Below, one piece after another: positions 31,952 to 45,570 of a stretch of DNA of 64,000 nt (the stretch's first letter is position 1; the number at the start of each line of letters is the position of its first letter). The DNA lies in assembly GCF_009914755.1 (NCBI RefSeq), contig NC_060938.1. One strand, 5' to 3'. The DNA is from the human T2T-CHM13v2.0 reference genome, Homo sapiens. Below the pieces are notes generated by a model. That model did not search any database, was not told the DNA's origin, and saw nothing but the letters and a program-made list of their open reading frames with translations. Position numbers and translations under genes: made by a program.

Positions 31952-34900
31952 GCCCTCTCCCTCCCTCTCCCTCTCCCTCTCCCTCTCCCTCTCCCTCTCC
32001 CTCTCCCTCTCCCTCTCCCTCTCCCTCTCCCTCTCCCTCTCCCTCTCCCTCTCCCTCTCCCTCTCCCTCTCCCTCTCCCTCTCCCTCTCCCTCTCCCTCT
32101 CCCTCTCCCTCTCCCTCTCCCTCTCCCTCTCCCTCTCCCTCTCCCTCTCCCTCTCCCTCTCCCTCTCCCTCTCCCTCTCCCTCTCCCTCTCCCTCTCCCT
32201 CTCCCTCTCCCTCCACGGTCTCCCTCTGATGCCGAGCCAAGGCTGGACGGTGCTGCTGCCATCTCGGCTCACTGCAGCCTCCCTGCCTGATTCTCCTGCC
32301 TCAGCCTGCTGAGTGCCTGCGATTGCAGGCGCACGCCGCCACGCCTCACTGGTTTTCGTTTTTTTTTTTTGGTGGAGACGGGGTTTTGCTGTGTTGGCCG
32401 GGCTGGTCTCCAGCTCCTAGCCGCGAGTGATCCGCCAGCCTCAGCCTCCCGGGGTGCCGGGATTGCGGACGGAGTCTCGTTCACTCAGTGCTCAGTGGTG
32501 CCCAGGCTGGAGTGCAGTGGCGTGATCTCGGCTCGCTACAGCCTCCACCTCCCAGCCGCCTGCCTTGGCCCCCCAAAGTGCCGAGATTGCAGCCTCTGCC
32601 CAGCCGCCACCCCCGTCTGGGAAGTGAGGAGCGTCTCTGCTTGGCCACCCATCGTCTGGGATATGAGGAGCCTCTCTGCCTGGCTGCCCAGTCTGGAAAG
32701 TGAGGAGCGTCTCTGCCCGGCCGCCATCCCATCTAGGAAGCGAGGAGCGCCTCTTCCCGGCCGCCTTCCCATCTAGGAAGTGAGGAGCGTCTCTGCCCGG
32801 CCGCCCATGTCTGAGATGTGGGGAGCACCTCTGCCCCGCCGCCCTGTCTGGGATGTGAGGAGCGCCTCTGCTGGCCGCAACCCTGTCTGAGAGGTGAGGA
32901 GCGTCTCTGCCCGGCCGCCCTGTCTGAGAAGTGAGGAAACCCTCTGCCTGGCAACCGCCCCGTCTGAGAAGTGAGGAGCCCCTCCGTCCGGCAGCCACCC
33001 CGTCTGGGAAGTGAGGAGCGTCTCCGCCCGGCAGCCACCCCGTCCGGGAGGGAGGTGGGGGGGGTCAGCCCCCCGCCCGGCCAGCCGCCCCATCCGGGAG
33101 GTGAGGGGCTCCTCTGCCCGGCCGCCCCTACTGGGAAGTGAGGAGCCCCTCTGCCTGGCCAGTCGCCCCGTCCAGGAGGGAGGTGGGGGGGTCAGCCCCC
33201 CGCCCGGCCAGCCGCCCAGTCCGGGAGGTGAGGGGCGCCTCTGCCCGGCCGCCCCTACTGGGAAGTGAGGAGCCCCTCTGCCCGGCCAGCCGCCCCGTCC
33301 GGGAGGGGGGAGGGGGGGCCAGCCGCCCCGTCCGGGAGGGAGGTGGTGGGGGTCAGCCCCCCGCCCGGCCAGCCGCCCCGTCCGGGAGGTGAGGGGTGCC
33401 TCTGCCCGGCCGCCCCTACTGGGAAGTGAGGAGCCCCTCTGCCCGGCCAGCCGCCCCGTCCGGGAGGGAGGTGGGGGGGTCAGCCCCCCGCCCGGCCGGC
33501 CGCCCAGTCTGGGAGGGAGGTGGGGGGGTCAGCCCCCCGCCCGGCCGGCCGCCCCGTCCGGGAGGGAGGTGGGGGGGTCAGCCCCCCGCCCGGCCGGCCG
33601 CCCCGTCCGGGAGGGAGGTGGGGGGATCAGCCCCCCGCCCGGCCGGCCACCCCGTCCGGGAGGGAGGTGGGGGGGTCAGCCCCCCACCTGGCCAGCCGCC
33701 CCGTCCGGGAGGGAGGTGGGGGGGGTCAGCCCCCCGCCCGGCCAGCCGCCCCGTCCGGGAGGGAGGTGGGGGGATCAGCCCCCCGCCTGGCCAGCCGCCC
33801 CGTCCGGGAGGTGAGGGGCGCCTCTGCCCGGCCGCCCCTACTGGGAAGTGAGGAGCCCCTCTGCCCGGCCAGCCGCCCCGTCCGGGAGGGAGGTGGGGGG
33901 GTCAGCCCCCCGCCTGGCCAGCCGCCCCATCCGGGAGGGAGGTGGGGGGGTCAGCCCCCCGCCCGGCCAGCTGCCCCGTCCGGGAGGGAGGTGGGGGGGG
34001 TCAGCCCCCCGCCCGACCAGCCGCCCCGTCCGGGAGGGAGGTGGGGGGATCAGCCCCCCGCCTGGCCAGCCGCCCCGTTCGGGAGGTGAGGGGCGCCTCT
34101 GCCCGGCCGCCCCTACTGGGAAGTGAGGAGCCCCTCTGCCCGGCCAGCCGCCCCGTCCGGGAGGGAGGCGGGGGGGGGGGGGGGGGTCGGCCAGCCGCCC
34201 TGTCCGGGAGGGAGGTGGGGGGGTCAGCCCCCCGCCCGGCCGGCCGCCCCGTCCGGGAGGTGAGGGAGGCCTCTGCCCGGCCGCCCCTACTGGGAAGTGA
34301 GGAGCCCCTCTGCCTGGCCAGCCGCCCCGTCCGGGAGGATGGTGGGGGGGTCAGCCCCCCGCCTGGCCAGCCGCCCCATCCGGGAGGTGAGGGGCGCTTC
34401 TGCCCGGCCGCCCCTACTGGGAAGTGAGGAGCCCCTCTGCCCGGCCACGACCCCGTCTGGGAGGTGTGCCCAGCGGCTCATTGGGGATGGGCCATGATGA
34501 CAATGGCGGTTTTGTGGAATAGAAAGGCGGGAAGGGTGGGGAAAAAATTGAGAAATCAGATGGTTGCCGGGTCTGTGTGGATAGAAGTAGACATGGGAGA
34601 CTTTTCATTTTGTTCTGTACTAAGAAAAATTCTTCTGCCTTGGGATCCTGTTGATCTGTGACCTTATCCCCAACCCTGTGCTCTCTGAAACATGTGCTGT
34701 GTCCACTCAGGGTTAAATGGATTAAGGGCGGTGCAAGATGTGCTTTGTTAAACAGATGCTTGAAGGCAGCATGCTCGTTAAGAGTCATCACCACTCCCTA
34801 ATCTTAAGTACCCAGGGACACAAACACTGCGGAAGGCCGCAGGGTCCTCTGCCTAGGAAAACCAGAGACCTTTGTTCACTTGTTTATCTGCTGACCTTCC

Positions 34901-34994
34901 CTCCACTATTGTCCTATGACCCTGCCAAATCCCCCTCTGCGAGAAACACCCAAGAATGATCAATAAAAAAAATAAAAATAAAAAATAAAAAAAA
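31952..34994 (+). mobile_element. Full-length SVA, SVA_E-like
   Basis: (CCCTCT)n, Alu-like domain, ~1.9-kb VNTR, SINE-R, AATAAA and A tail; 16-bp TSD AAATTAAGACACTAGC at 31936-31951 and 34995-35010. Confidence 0.97.
31963..32208 (+). repeat. (CCCTCT)41 perfect hexamer repeat
   Basis: Counted directly. Confidence 0.97.
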
Positions 34995-35109
34995 AAATTA
35001 AGACACTAGCAAGATACCATTTTATACCCACTATATTGTCAAGAAGCAAAAATATGACAATAACAAGTGTTGACGAGGATGTGGAGACTTAAAAAATTTA
35101 CACTGCTAG

Positions 35110-36316
35110 GTGAGGAGCCCCTCTGCCTGGCTGCCCAGTCTGGAAAGTGAGGAGCGTCTCCGCCCGGCCGCCATCCCATCTAGGAAGTGAGGAGCGCCTC
35201 TTCCCAGCCTCCATCACATCTAGGAAGTGAGGAGCGTCTCTGCCCGGCCGCCCATCGTCTGAGATGTGGGGAGCGCCTCTGCCCCGCCGCCCCATCTGGG
35301 ATGTGAGGAGCGCCTCTGCCCGGCCGAGACCCCGTCTGGGAGGTGAGGAGCGTCTCTGCCCGGCCGCCCCGTCTGAGAAGTGAGGAGACCCTCTGCCTGG
35401 CAACCACCCCGTCTGAGAAGTGAGGAGCCCCTCCGCCCGGCAGCTGCCCCGTCTGAGAAGTGAGGAGCCTCTCCGCCCGGCAGCCACCCCATCTGGGAAG
35501 TGAGGAGCGTCTCCGCCCGGCAGCCACCCCGTCCGGGAGGGAGGTGGTGGGGGGTCAGCCCCCCGCCAGGCCAGCCGCCCCGTCCGGGAGGTGAGGGGCG
35601 CCTCTGCCCGGCCGCCCCTACTGGGAAGTGAGGAGCCCCTCTGCCCGGCCAGCCACCCCGTCCGGGAGGGAGATGGGGGGGTCAGCCCCCCGCCCGGCCA
35701 GCCGCCCCGTCCGGGAGGTGAGGGGCGCCTCTGCCCGGCCGCCCCTACTGGGAAGTGAGGAGCCCCTCTGCCCGGCCACCACCCCGTCTGGGAGGTGTGC
35801 CCAACAGCTCATTGAGAACGGGTCAGGATGACAATGGCGGCTTTGTGGAATAGAAAGGCGGGAAAGGTGGGGAAAAGATTGAGAAATCGGATGGTTGCCG
35901 TGTCTGTGTAGAAGGAAGTAGACATGGGAGACTTTTCATTTTGTTCTGTACTAAGAAAAATTCCTCTGCCTTGGGATCCTGTTGATCTGTGACCTTACCC
36001 CCAACCCGGTGCTCTCTGAAACATGTGCTGTGTCCACTCAGGGTTAAATGGATTAAGGGCGGTGCAAGATGTGCTTTGTTAAACAGATGCTTGAAGGCAG
36101 CATGCTCCTTAAGAGTCATCACCACTCCCTAATCTCAAGTAATCAGGGACACAAACACTGCGGAAGGCCGCAGGGTCCTCTGCCTAGGAAAACCAGAGAC
36201 CTTTGTTCACTTGTTTATCTGCTGACCTTCCCTCCACTATTGTCCCATGACCCTGCCATATCCTCCTCTGTGAGAAACACCCAAGAATTATCAATAAAAA
36301 AATAAATTAAAAAAAA
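35110..36316 (+). mobile_element. 5'-truncated SVA, SVA_F-like
   Basis: Starts in the VNTR; SINE-R with CAGGATGACAATGGCGGCTTTG, AAGTAATCAGG and GAATTATCAATAAA; 19-bp TSD AAAAAATTTACACTGCTAG at 35091-35109 and 36317-36335 after a TT|AAAA site. Confidence 0.96.
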
Positions 36317-36483
36317 AAAAAATTTACACTGCTAGTGGGAGCATAAATTTATATAATTGCTTTGGAAAATAATTTGTCATTACCTTGTAAAGATGAACAT
36401 TCACATACTCTGTGACCCAATAATTCTACTCCTAGGTAGAGAAACTTGCACATATGCCCCAGGAGACAAACAAGAATATGTAT

Positions 36484-36700
36484 AGGGAAGGGGGAGAGGG
36501 GGAGGGAGGGAAAAGAGAGAGGGAGGGAGGGAGGGAGGGAGGGAGGGAAGGAAGGATGGAAGGAAGGAAGGAAGCAAGGAAGGAAGGAAGGAAGGAAGGA
36601 AGGAAAGGGGGAAGGGAGGGGAGGAGAGGAGAGGAGGGTAGAGGGGATGGGAGGAAAGGAGGAAGGAAGGGGGAAAAAAGAGAAGGAGGGAACAATGTCC
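36484..36700. repeat. Polypurine (GGGA/GGAA)n low-complexity tract
   Basis: Direct reading. Confidence 0.9.
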
Positions 36701-36792
36701 AAAGACAGGAGAATAAATCATGATATGCTCACAGAGTTGAATATACAATAAAGAAATGAATAAACTTCAGCTCAACCAACAGTGAGAATGTA

Positions 36793-37127
36793 TTTTTTTT
36801 TTTTTTTTTTTTTTGGAGACAAAGTCTTACTCTGTCACCCAGGCTGGAGTGCAGTAGTGGTAGCATACAGCCCACTTCAGACTCAGCCTCCCTGGATCAA
36901 GTGATCCTCCCACCTCAGCCTCCCAAGAATCTGGGATCACAGGTGCATGCCACCATGCCCAGCTATTAGGTTGTTGCAAAAGTAATTGCGGTTTTGCCAT
37001 TACTTTTCGTAGCTATGGGATCTCACTATGTTGCCCAGGCTGGTCTCAAACTCCTGGGCTCAAGCGATTCTCCTGCCTCTACTTCCCAAAGTGTTGGGAT
37101 CATAGGCATGAGCCACCACACCCAGGC
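36793..37127 (-). mobile_element. AluJ containing half a MADE1
   Basis: Antisense Alu whose central linker is replaced by a mariner TIR. Confidence 0.85.
36966..37007. mobile_element. Half MADE1 (Hsmar1 MITE)
   Basis: TTAGGTTGTTGCAAAAGTAATTGCGGTTTTGCCATTACTTTT after a TA dinucleotide. Confidence 0.88.
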
Positions 37128-37194
37128 TCTTCTTGATATTTTCAGTATTTTTTTTTACAATGAACAAATATTCCTTTTATATAAAAGAAGTTAA

Positions 37195-37855
37195 GCTGGG
37201 CATGGTGGCTAACGCGTGTAATCCCAGCACTATGGAAGGCCGAGGTGGGAGGATGACTTAAGGTCAGGAGTTTGAGACTAGCCTGGGCAACATGGTGAAA
37301 CTCTGCCTCTATGAAAAATACAAAAATTAGCCAGGCATGGTGCCATGCAGCTGTTGTCCCAGCTACTTGTGAAGCAAAGGTGGGAGAATCACCTGAGCCC
37401 AGGAGCTTCAGTGAGCCATGATCACACAGCACTGCACTCCAGCCTAGGTGACAGAGTGAGACTCTGAAGAAAGAAAGAGAGAGAGAGAGAAAGAGAGACA
37501 GAGAGAGAGAGAAAGATGAAAGAAAGAAAGAAAGGAAGGAAGGAAGAAAGAAAGAGAAGAAAGAGAGACAGAGAGGAAAGAAAGAGAGAGAGAGAGGAAG
37601 GAAGAAAGGAGGGAGGGAGGGAAGAAAGAAAGAAAGGGGGGAGAGAAGAAAGAAAGAGAGAGAGAGAAAGGAAGGAAGGAAGGATGGAAGGAAGGAAGAA
37701 AGAAAGAGAAAGAAAGAATGAAAGAGAGAGAAAGAAAGAAAAAGAAAGGAAGGAGGGAGGGAGGAAAGAAAGGAGGGAGGGAAGAAAGAAGGAAAGAAAG
37801 AAAGAAGGAAGGAAGAAATAAAGAAAAAGAAAAAAGAAAGAAAGAAGGAAAGAAA
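37195..37855 (+). mobile_element. AluJ with ~390-bp expanded purine tail (GAAA/GA/GGAA)
   Basis: Alu body to about 37466, then a nearly pure purine run. Confidence 0.88.
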
Positions 37856-38452
37856 ATTATTCTAAAAGGATATATATATATACATAGTTGGATTGAAAAT
37901 GTATATTAGCAAACACATATTGAGTGCCAACTATGTTGTGGGGCCTGCGATTGATGAAAGGTTGCAGAGATGGTAAAAAAAATTGCATGCCCTCGCACAG
38001 CTTTCAGTCTAAAAGAGATGTGAAGAAACCTGATTTCAGAAAAATCACAGAAACAGAGGAAAAATTAAGGGACGGCAAAGTTTTTTCATGGATATTTGTC
38101 CTGGGCCATTAGTCTGGAAAGCAAACCAACTACCAGGAAAACTGATAGATTCCAGGGACAAGGTCAAATAGGGCTTCTATACCTAGGAAGGACTCTGGAT
38201 AGCAGAGGCCACGTAATTACCAGTGACTAAGAAGAATACGGATTGGACTAGGAAAAACAAGAATAATCTAGTAAAGGAAGAGGACTGCAGAAATCCCGAG
38301 GACTGAGTTGACCTCTGCCCATCTAAGCTGAGTCAGAACATCAGCCACTCCTGCACAGAACCTGTCCTCACGACCTGCCCTACCTTCCTATAGCCTTGGC
38401 ACATGGACAGTCTCTCCAGACAACTCACCACATTTGCATTGCCAAGGATCTT

Positions 38453-39876
<1,424 letters not shown>

Positions 39877-39959
39877 CATTGCCAAGGATCTTAAAGAACC
39901 AATGTAGCAGGAGGAAAGGCCACAGCCCCAAGAAGAAGCCCTGACCCCTGGCATGGCAG

Positions 39960-40063
<104 letters not shown>

Positions 40064-40358
40064 CAGTTACTAAATGTAGATATATGCACAGTCTGTAAAA
40101 TCTAGAAGAATAGTATGGAGGATGAATTTGGACTTGGTCACCAAATCTGGAAATGGTAGGATGAGGGATCAAGACTTAATTCATTTAACTCTCAAAATAC
40201 ATCTTTGCATAAGGTGCAACTGCACCCACTGGAAAATCATTTCCTCACATCAGAAATATTAAGAAGCTTAATGAAGGCAAAGATACACACCTGAGATTAT
40301 AACAGGAACAGCTGCTCCCAGCCAGCCCCCAAATGCCAAACGATTGGTCTGCACTCAC

Positions 40359-40610
40359 CTCGGCTAGGGTTGCCTTATGCCACCTCCACGGCTCAGTCTG
40401 TTCACCTGGGATTTGCTGCCACCTAGGATCTTCCACGGTAATTATCTTGACCAAAAAGCCACAGTGCATTCCACATGAGAGCAGCAGTGTTTGACAGGTG
40501 AAATGAGCCCTTCCCAACTCATGTGGATTGTTGCCTTAGCTGTGACCTCTTGTCCGACGAGCATGCACTTGTGTTGTAGACAGCTGGAAGGTACATGTTG
40601 GATTTTTACA
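40359..40610 (-). other. OR6J1: Putative OR6J1 non-coding first exon (5' boundary unknown)
   Basis: Consensus donor CCGAG|GTGAGT on the minus strand in repeat-free sequence; OR genes commonly have 5' non-coding exons kilobases upstream. Confidence 0.5.
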
Positions 40611-43373
40611 CTGCTGAGGAAGTTACAAGGTATGACATCCATTCCAGCATAGAGAGGTCTACAAATCCTCTTGCCCTAATCCTGAGTGTGTGAGGAAATC
40701 ACCTTCGGTTAAGCATTGACCAGCTGCACCTCCCACACTGTCTACACAATCTGATCCAGTTGGGGAGAGAAAAGGGGCACTCTCCACTAAGCTCCTGGAT
40801 GGTGCTTTATTCTCCTCTCCTGCTACCATCTTTCCTGCACCCTCTCCAGTCTTCTGCTCAGCCCAGTCTTCTGGGTGCTTCTTGATTCCAGAGAAAATGG
40901 GAAAAGAAACACTGTGTTACCTGATGGACAACAGCCATCAACCTGCTTCTTCCTCTGTCCCCTCAACCCAACGTGCACTACCACCACCACCATCCCCATC
41001 ATATTTTTTTCAGAGACTGGCAGGCCAAGCGTCCCAAGGACTAAACTTCCTCTAGGGTTACTGCAGGATAGTCAAATCCTGTTGAGGGGTAGCTGGTGCA
41101 TGAGAAAACTCTGGACTTGAAGCCAAGAGTCTGGGTTCAAGTCCCACCTGTGCCTTTTACCATTCTTGAGACTGGAAAAATTGCCTCCATTTTCATACTA
41201 TCTGCAAATGAATCCTCATGTGACAAACAGCGGTAATGCTCTTTTCCTCCTCTTCCTCATGAGGTTGAGAAGCACAAAACGGAAAATAAGATAACTCATA
41301 TGATAATCGATCATTGCCAAGGATCGTGAAGAACAAATGTATGATAATTCATATGATGTGTGAAATCATAAAACACCATATTGCTTTATTTTCTAGAACC
41401 CCTCCTATTCTGCAATACTGGAAAAGAACAAACCTTATCTTCCTTGTCCCTACTGAGATATTGATCATCCCACCCTAGAGGGAAGAATACTGTCCCTTCT
41501 GGCTCTGGAATACATCTCATCAGGCCCATGCTTCTGCCTTAATCAACTATTCTCCCCTTGGACAGCATATCTGGTTGGCTACAAAGTGTGAAGACAAAGG
41601 GAAGATGCTTCTCTACATGGGAATTTCGGTTGCCCAGGATTCCTGGAAATGAAGAAACTACTTCCTGTCCTCCACCATCTGCACTCTACAGAGGAGTCAG
41701 TAAGCTGGAAGGGATTCAGCGGGAGGACTCAGAAATACTCACATTTGCCTAAATAAGGTAGAGGGGGCTGGCCCCCAGCATATCCTGCCCACACAGCTGC
41801 CCCAGGCTTCCGTGCTGGGCGCTGAGGCTTGCGTTGCTGCAAACAGACTCTGCACTGTCAGGGCTGAAGGGGGCATACTCTAGAAGGGTCCCATGTTTGG
41901 ACCCCACTTGGGAGGGTTGGGGTGGGATTGGCTCAGGTGAGAGCATGCACTTTCTGAGAAACATCCAAACATGGGGCACTCCTCAGGGGCACATTACGAA
42001 GCTGTCCCTGAACACCAAGCCTGAGTCTGATGCCCCTGAGGCCCACTTAGGAAAGGATGCAAACCTAAACATCTACACTAACAAGAACTGGGAACAGAAC
42101 ACTAGCCAAGATCAACACCCCCAGGCCTATCTCAGAGAGCCTCACAGCATACAGTCCTCCATCCACCCCCTCTCCAGCCCCACTGTGACAGTTCCATCCA
42201 TCCCTACCACTCCATTTACCCAGGACCCTCCTCTTCAACATCCTAATACACTGTGATCAATATGCCAAAGCTTCAGTAACCTTGCACTATGTGAAACAAA
42301 AGGTCCCACACTGCATAGCCTGGCACTCAAGACCCCCTAATCCCAGTCTCCCTTGAATTACCGCCCAGACTCAGCTCCTGTCTTACACATCACCTTGCGC
42401 ATCTTTTACTTCGGTTGAGCCACTCTATTCACTGTGCCCCACGCTGGCCCTCACTTTCTTACTGCACACTCGGGCCCCAAGTGTCCTACCATTGGGACCA
42501 TCTTCTCCACCGCCTAGTCTCTAGGCCCTACTCTTGTCCCTTTTCCTAGCCTAAGCTAGGTTCTCCCTCTTTAGATATCCTTTTCTTGCACTTGGAATCA
42601 GGAATCCACAGTGTAGAACTGGAGTGTTTTTAACCTTTTTTAATTTAAATATAACACATGTACAGAAAAGTATACAAATCATAAGCTCAATGAATTATCA
42701 ATAAAGTGAACACATTCATGTAACCACCACCCTGGTGAAGAAACAGAATGGTACTAGCACCCCAGAAATCCTTCTCAAGCTCCCTCCCCACATCCCAGCT
42801 GTAACCATTATCTTGATTTCTAACACCATGGATTAGTTTTGCCTGTTTTGGAAATTCATATAAATGAAATCATCTAATAGGTCTTGTTTTGTGTCTGACA
42901 TCTTTTTCTCAACCTTATAGTTTTGAAATTCAATCATGTTGTGGTGTGTGACTCATTTTTATTGCCATATATTTCATCATTTCATTTGTGGTTATTTAGC
43001 CTCTGGGCAGATTTTTAAGTTCCTTGGGAACAGGGATTTTTTTCATAAAATTATTTTTGAATCCCCATAATGCCTAACTGGAAAAGCAAAAGTTGCTCAG
43101 TATATATGAATTTTAGTCCAAAAAGCTTCTAATTTCAATCTCACATCATATACCCCCATGAACAGGCAATAGTATCTAACAATTTCAGCAATTTCTTTTT
43201 CTCACATCTCATACCCAATTCATTAGCAAATCCCACTGGCTCTACCTTTATATATATGTCAAATCCAACCACTTATCACCATCCCCATTACCCTAGTTCA
43301 AGTCACAAACATTGTAGAAGAATAGATAATGAAGTAAAAAGAGTGTTGCAAAATAGTATAAATGACATCATCC

Positions 43374-44376
<1,003 letters not shown>

Positions 44377-44399
44377 TATTCTTTCTTATTTTTATATTA

Positions 44400-45570
44400 T
44401 TGTGGTAGATAGGTCAATCATTGTGTTCCCCACCCAGAGCCCTAACTGCAGTGTTCCTACATATGAGTTGGCCACCCATCCGATTGGGTCACAGGTAGGC
44501 AAACAACCCAGGAGAAACTAAGCCAAAGGTGGGGATAAATGCAGCAGATTTCCTCAAGAAATTGAACCAAGAGGCACAGAAACTATGATAGACACCTGTT
44601 GTTTTAAACATTCTTTCTTATTTTCTTCTATTAACCACTACCTCATTCCCTTTTGGGAAGCAGCTCCTTCTCCATTACACAAACCATGTGATTCTAATGG
44701 GACTATATAATATCACAATATAAAGCCAAAGTTCATGAAAGGGAACACGATCTATTATAATATCCATCACCCAACCACAGTGACTGATCCAAAGAGTGAC
44801 CATCCAACCCAAGGCAGGCCAGGAATCCCTCCTTTAGAATCCATATGTTGGAGCAGAGTTAGGAAAAGCTCTCTCCTCTGGGCTCAAAAGCTGTGATGAT
44901 GTAACCCTGAGCTGCCAGTAGATCTACACCCAGCCTCACCCTTCCACTGTTGCACGGAGAGAGCCTTTCTGCTGTCTGGATTCATGAGGACAACACACCA
45001 ATGGAAATGCAGCTAAGAGACAGAGATAGAATTTGGACACTGTTGTGTATGACTGGATCAGTCATGCCTGAGGCCTGCCAACAATATCCTTTCTGATTGT
45101 ACAAGCCAAAAAATCCTCCGTTTTTCTTAAGTTCATTTGAATTATGGTCTTCTGCAGTCATAAGAGCTCTAACAAACACAGAGACTAATTAGTAAGACGC
45201 TGGTGGGTACTTTTCTGAAAAGTTGTGTAGAGTTGGGGCTGGAGTAGGTGCCATAGCAAACCAAAGTGATTCCTAAGCTGAAGTCATAGGGGAGCAAATA
45301 AACCATCAGTGATAGTAGAGACCTTGTTTCAAAGAGAAGTGTAACAGTAGCTTAGACTCAGAGACAAGTAATGACTGAGGGAACACGGGCCCACCGGAAA
45401 GGATGGTGGCAGCCTGAGCTGCTGACTTTCTTGTTCCAATCCCTGTGTGCCTTGTTCCTACTCTTGGATGCCCATGAGAGACTGCCTGATGTATTCTTTC
45501 TACAATCTTACACATACACACACACACTCACATACACACAAGACTTTAGTCAACTAGCTTGAGTAAGCCT
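44400..45570. mobile_element. Degenerate, probably nested MLT1-type MaLR LTRs
   Basis: MLT1-like segments, e.g. CTGGATCAGTCATGCCTGAGGCC and AAGAGCTCTAACAAACACA. Confidence 0.5.

Larger units (their letters stand above)
31230..36480 (+). mobile_element. Old L1M ORF2 3' remnant hosting both SVA insertions
   Basis: Removing the SVAs restores continuous L1-like sequence (AGATACCATTTT...AACAAGTGTTGACGAGGATGTGGAG...ACACTGCTAGTGGGAG). Confidence 0.75.

Noticed and set aside
32590-34470. Regularly repeated 37-50 bp units resembling a CRISPR-like array
   Set aside because: Standard SVA VNTR with no unique spacers, in eukaryotic context
32269-36305. Many Pro/Gly/Arg-rich ORFs
   Set aside because: Translations of the GC-rich SVA VNTR, Alu-like and SINE-R domains, open in several frames
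35110-36316. Second SVA as a tandem duplication or 3' transduction of the first
   Set aside because: It has its own distinct TSD and endonuclease site, and different subfamily-diagnostic bases
36349-37909. Lys/Glu/Arg-rich and Pro/Ser/Phe-rich ORFs
   Set aside because: Translations of simple purine tracts
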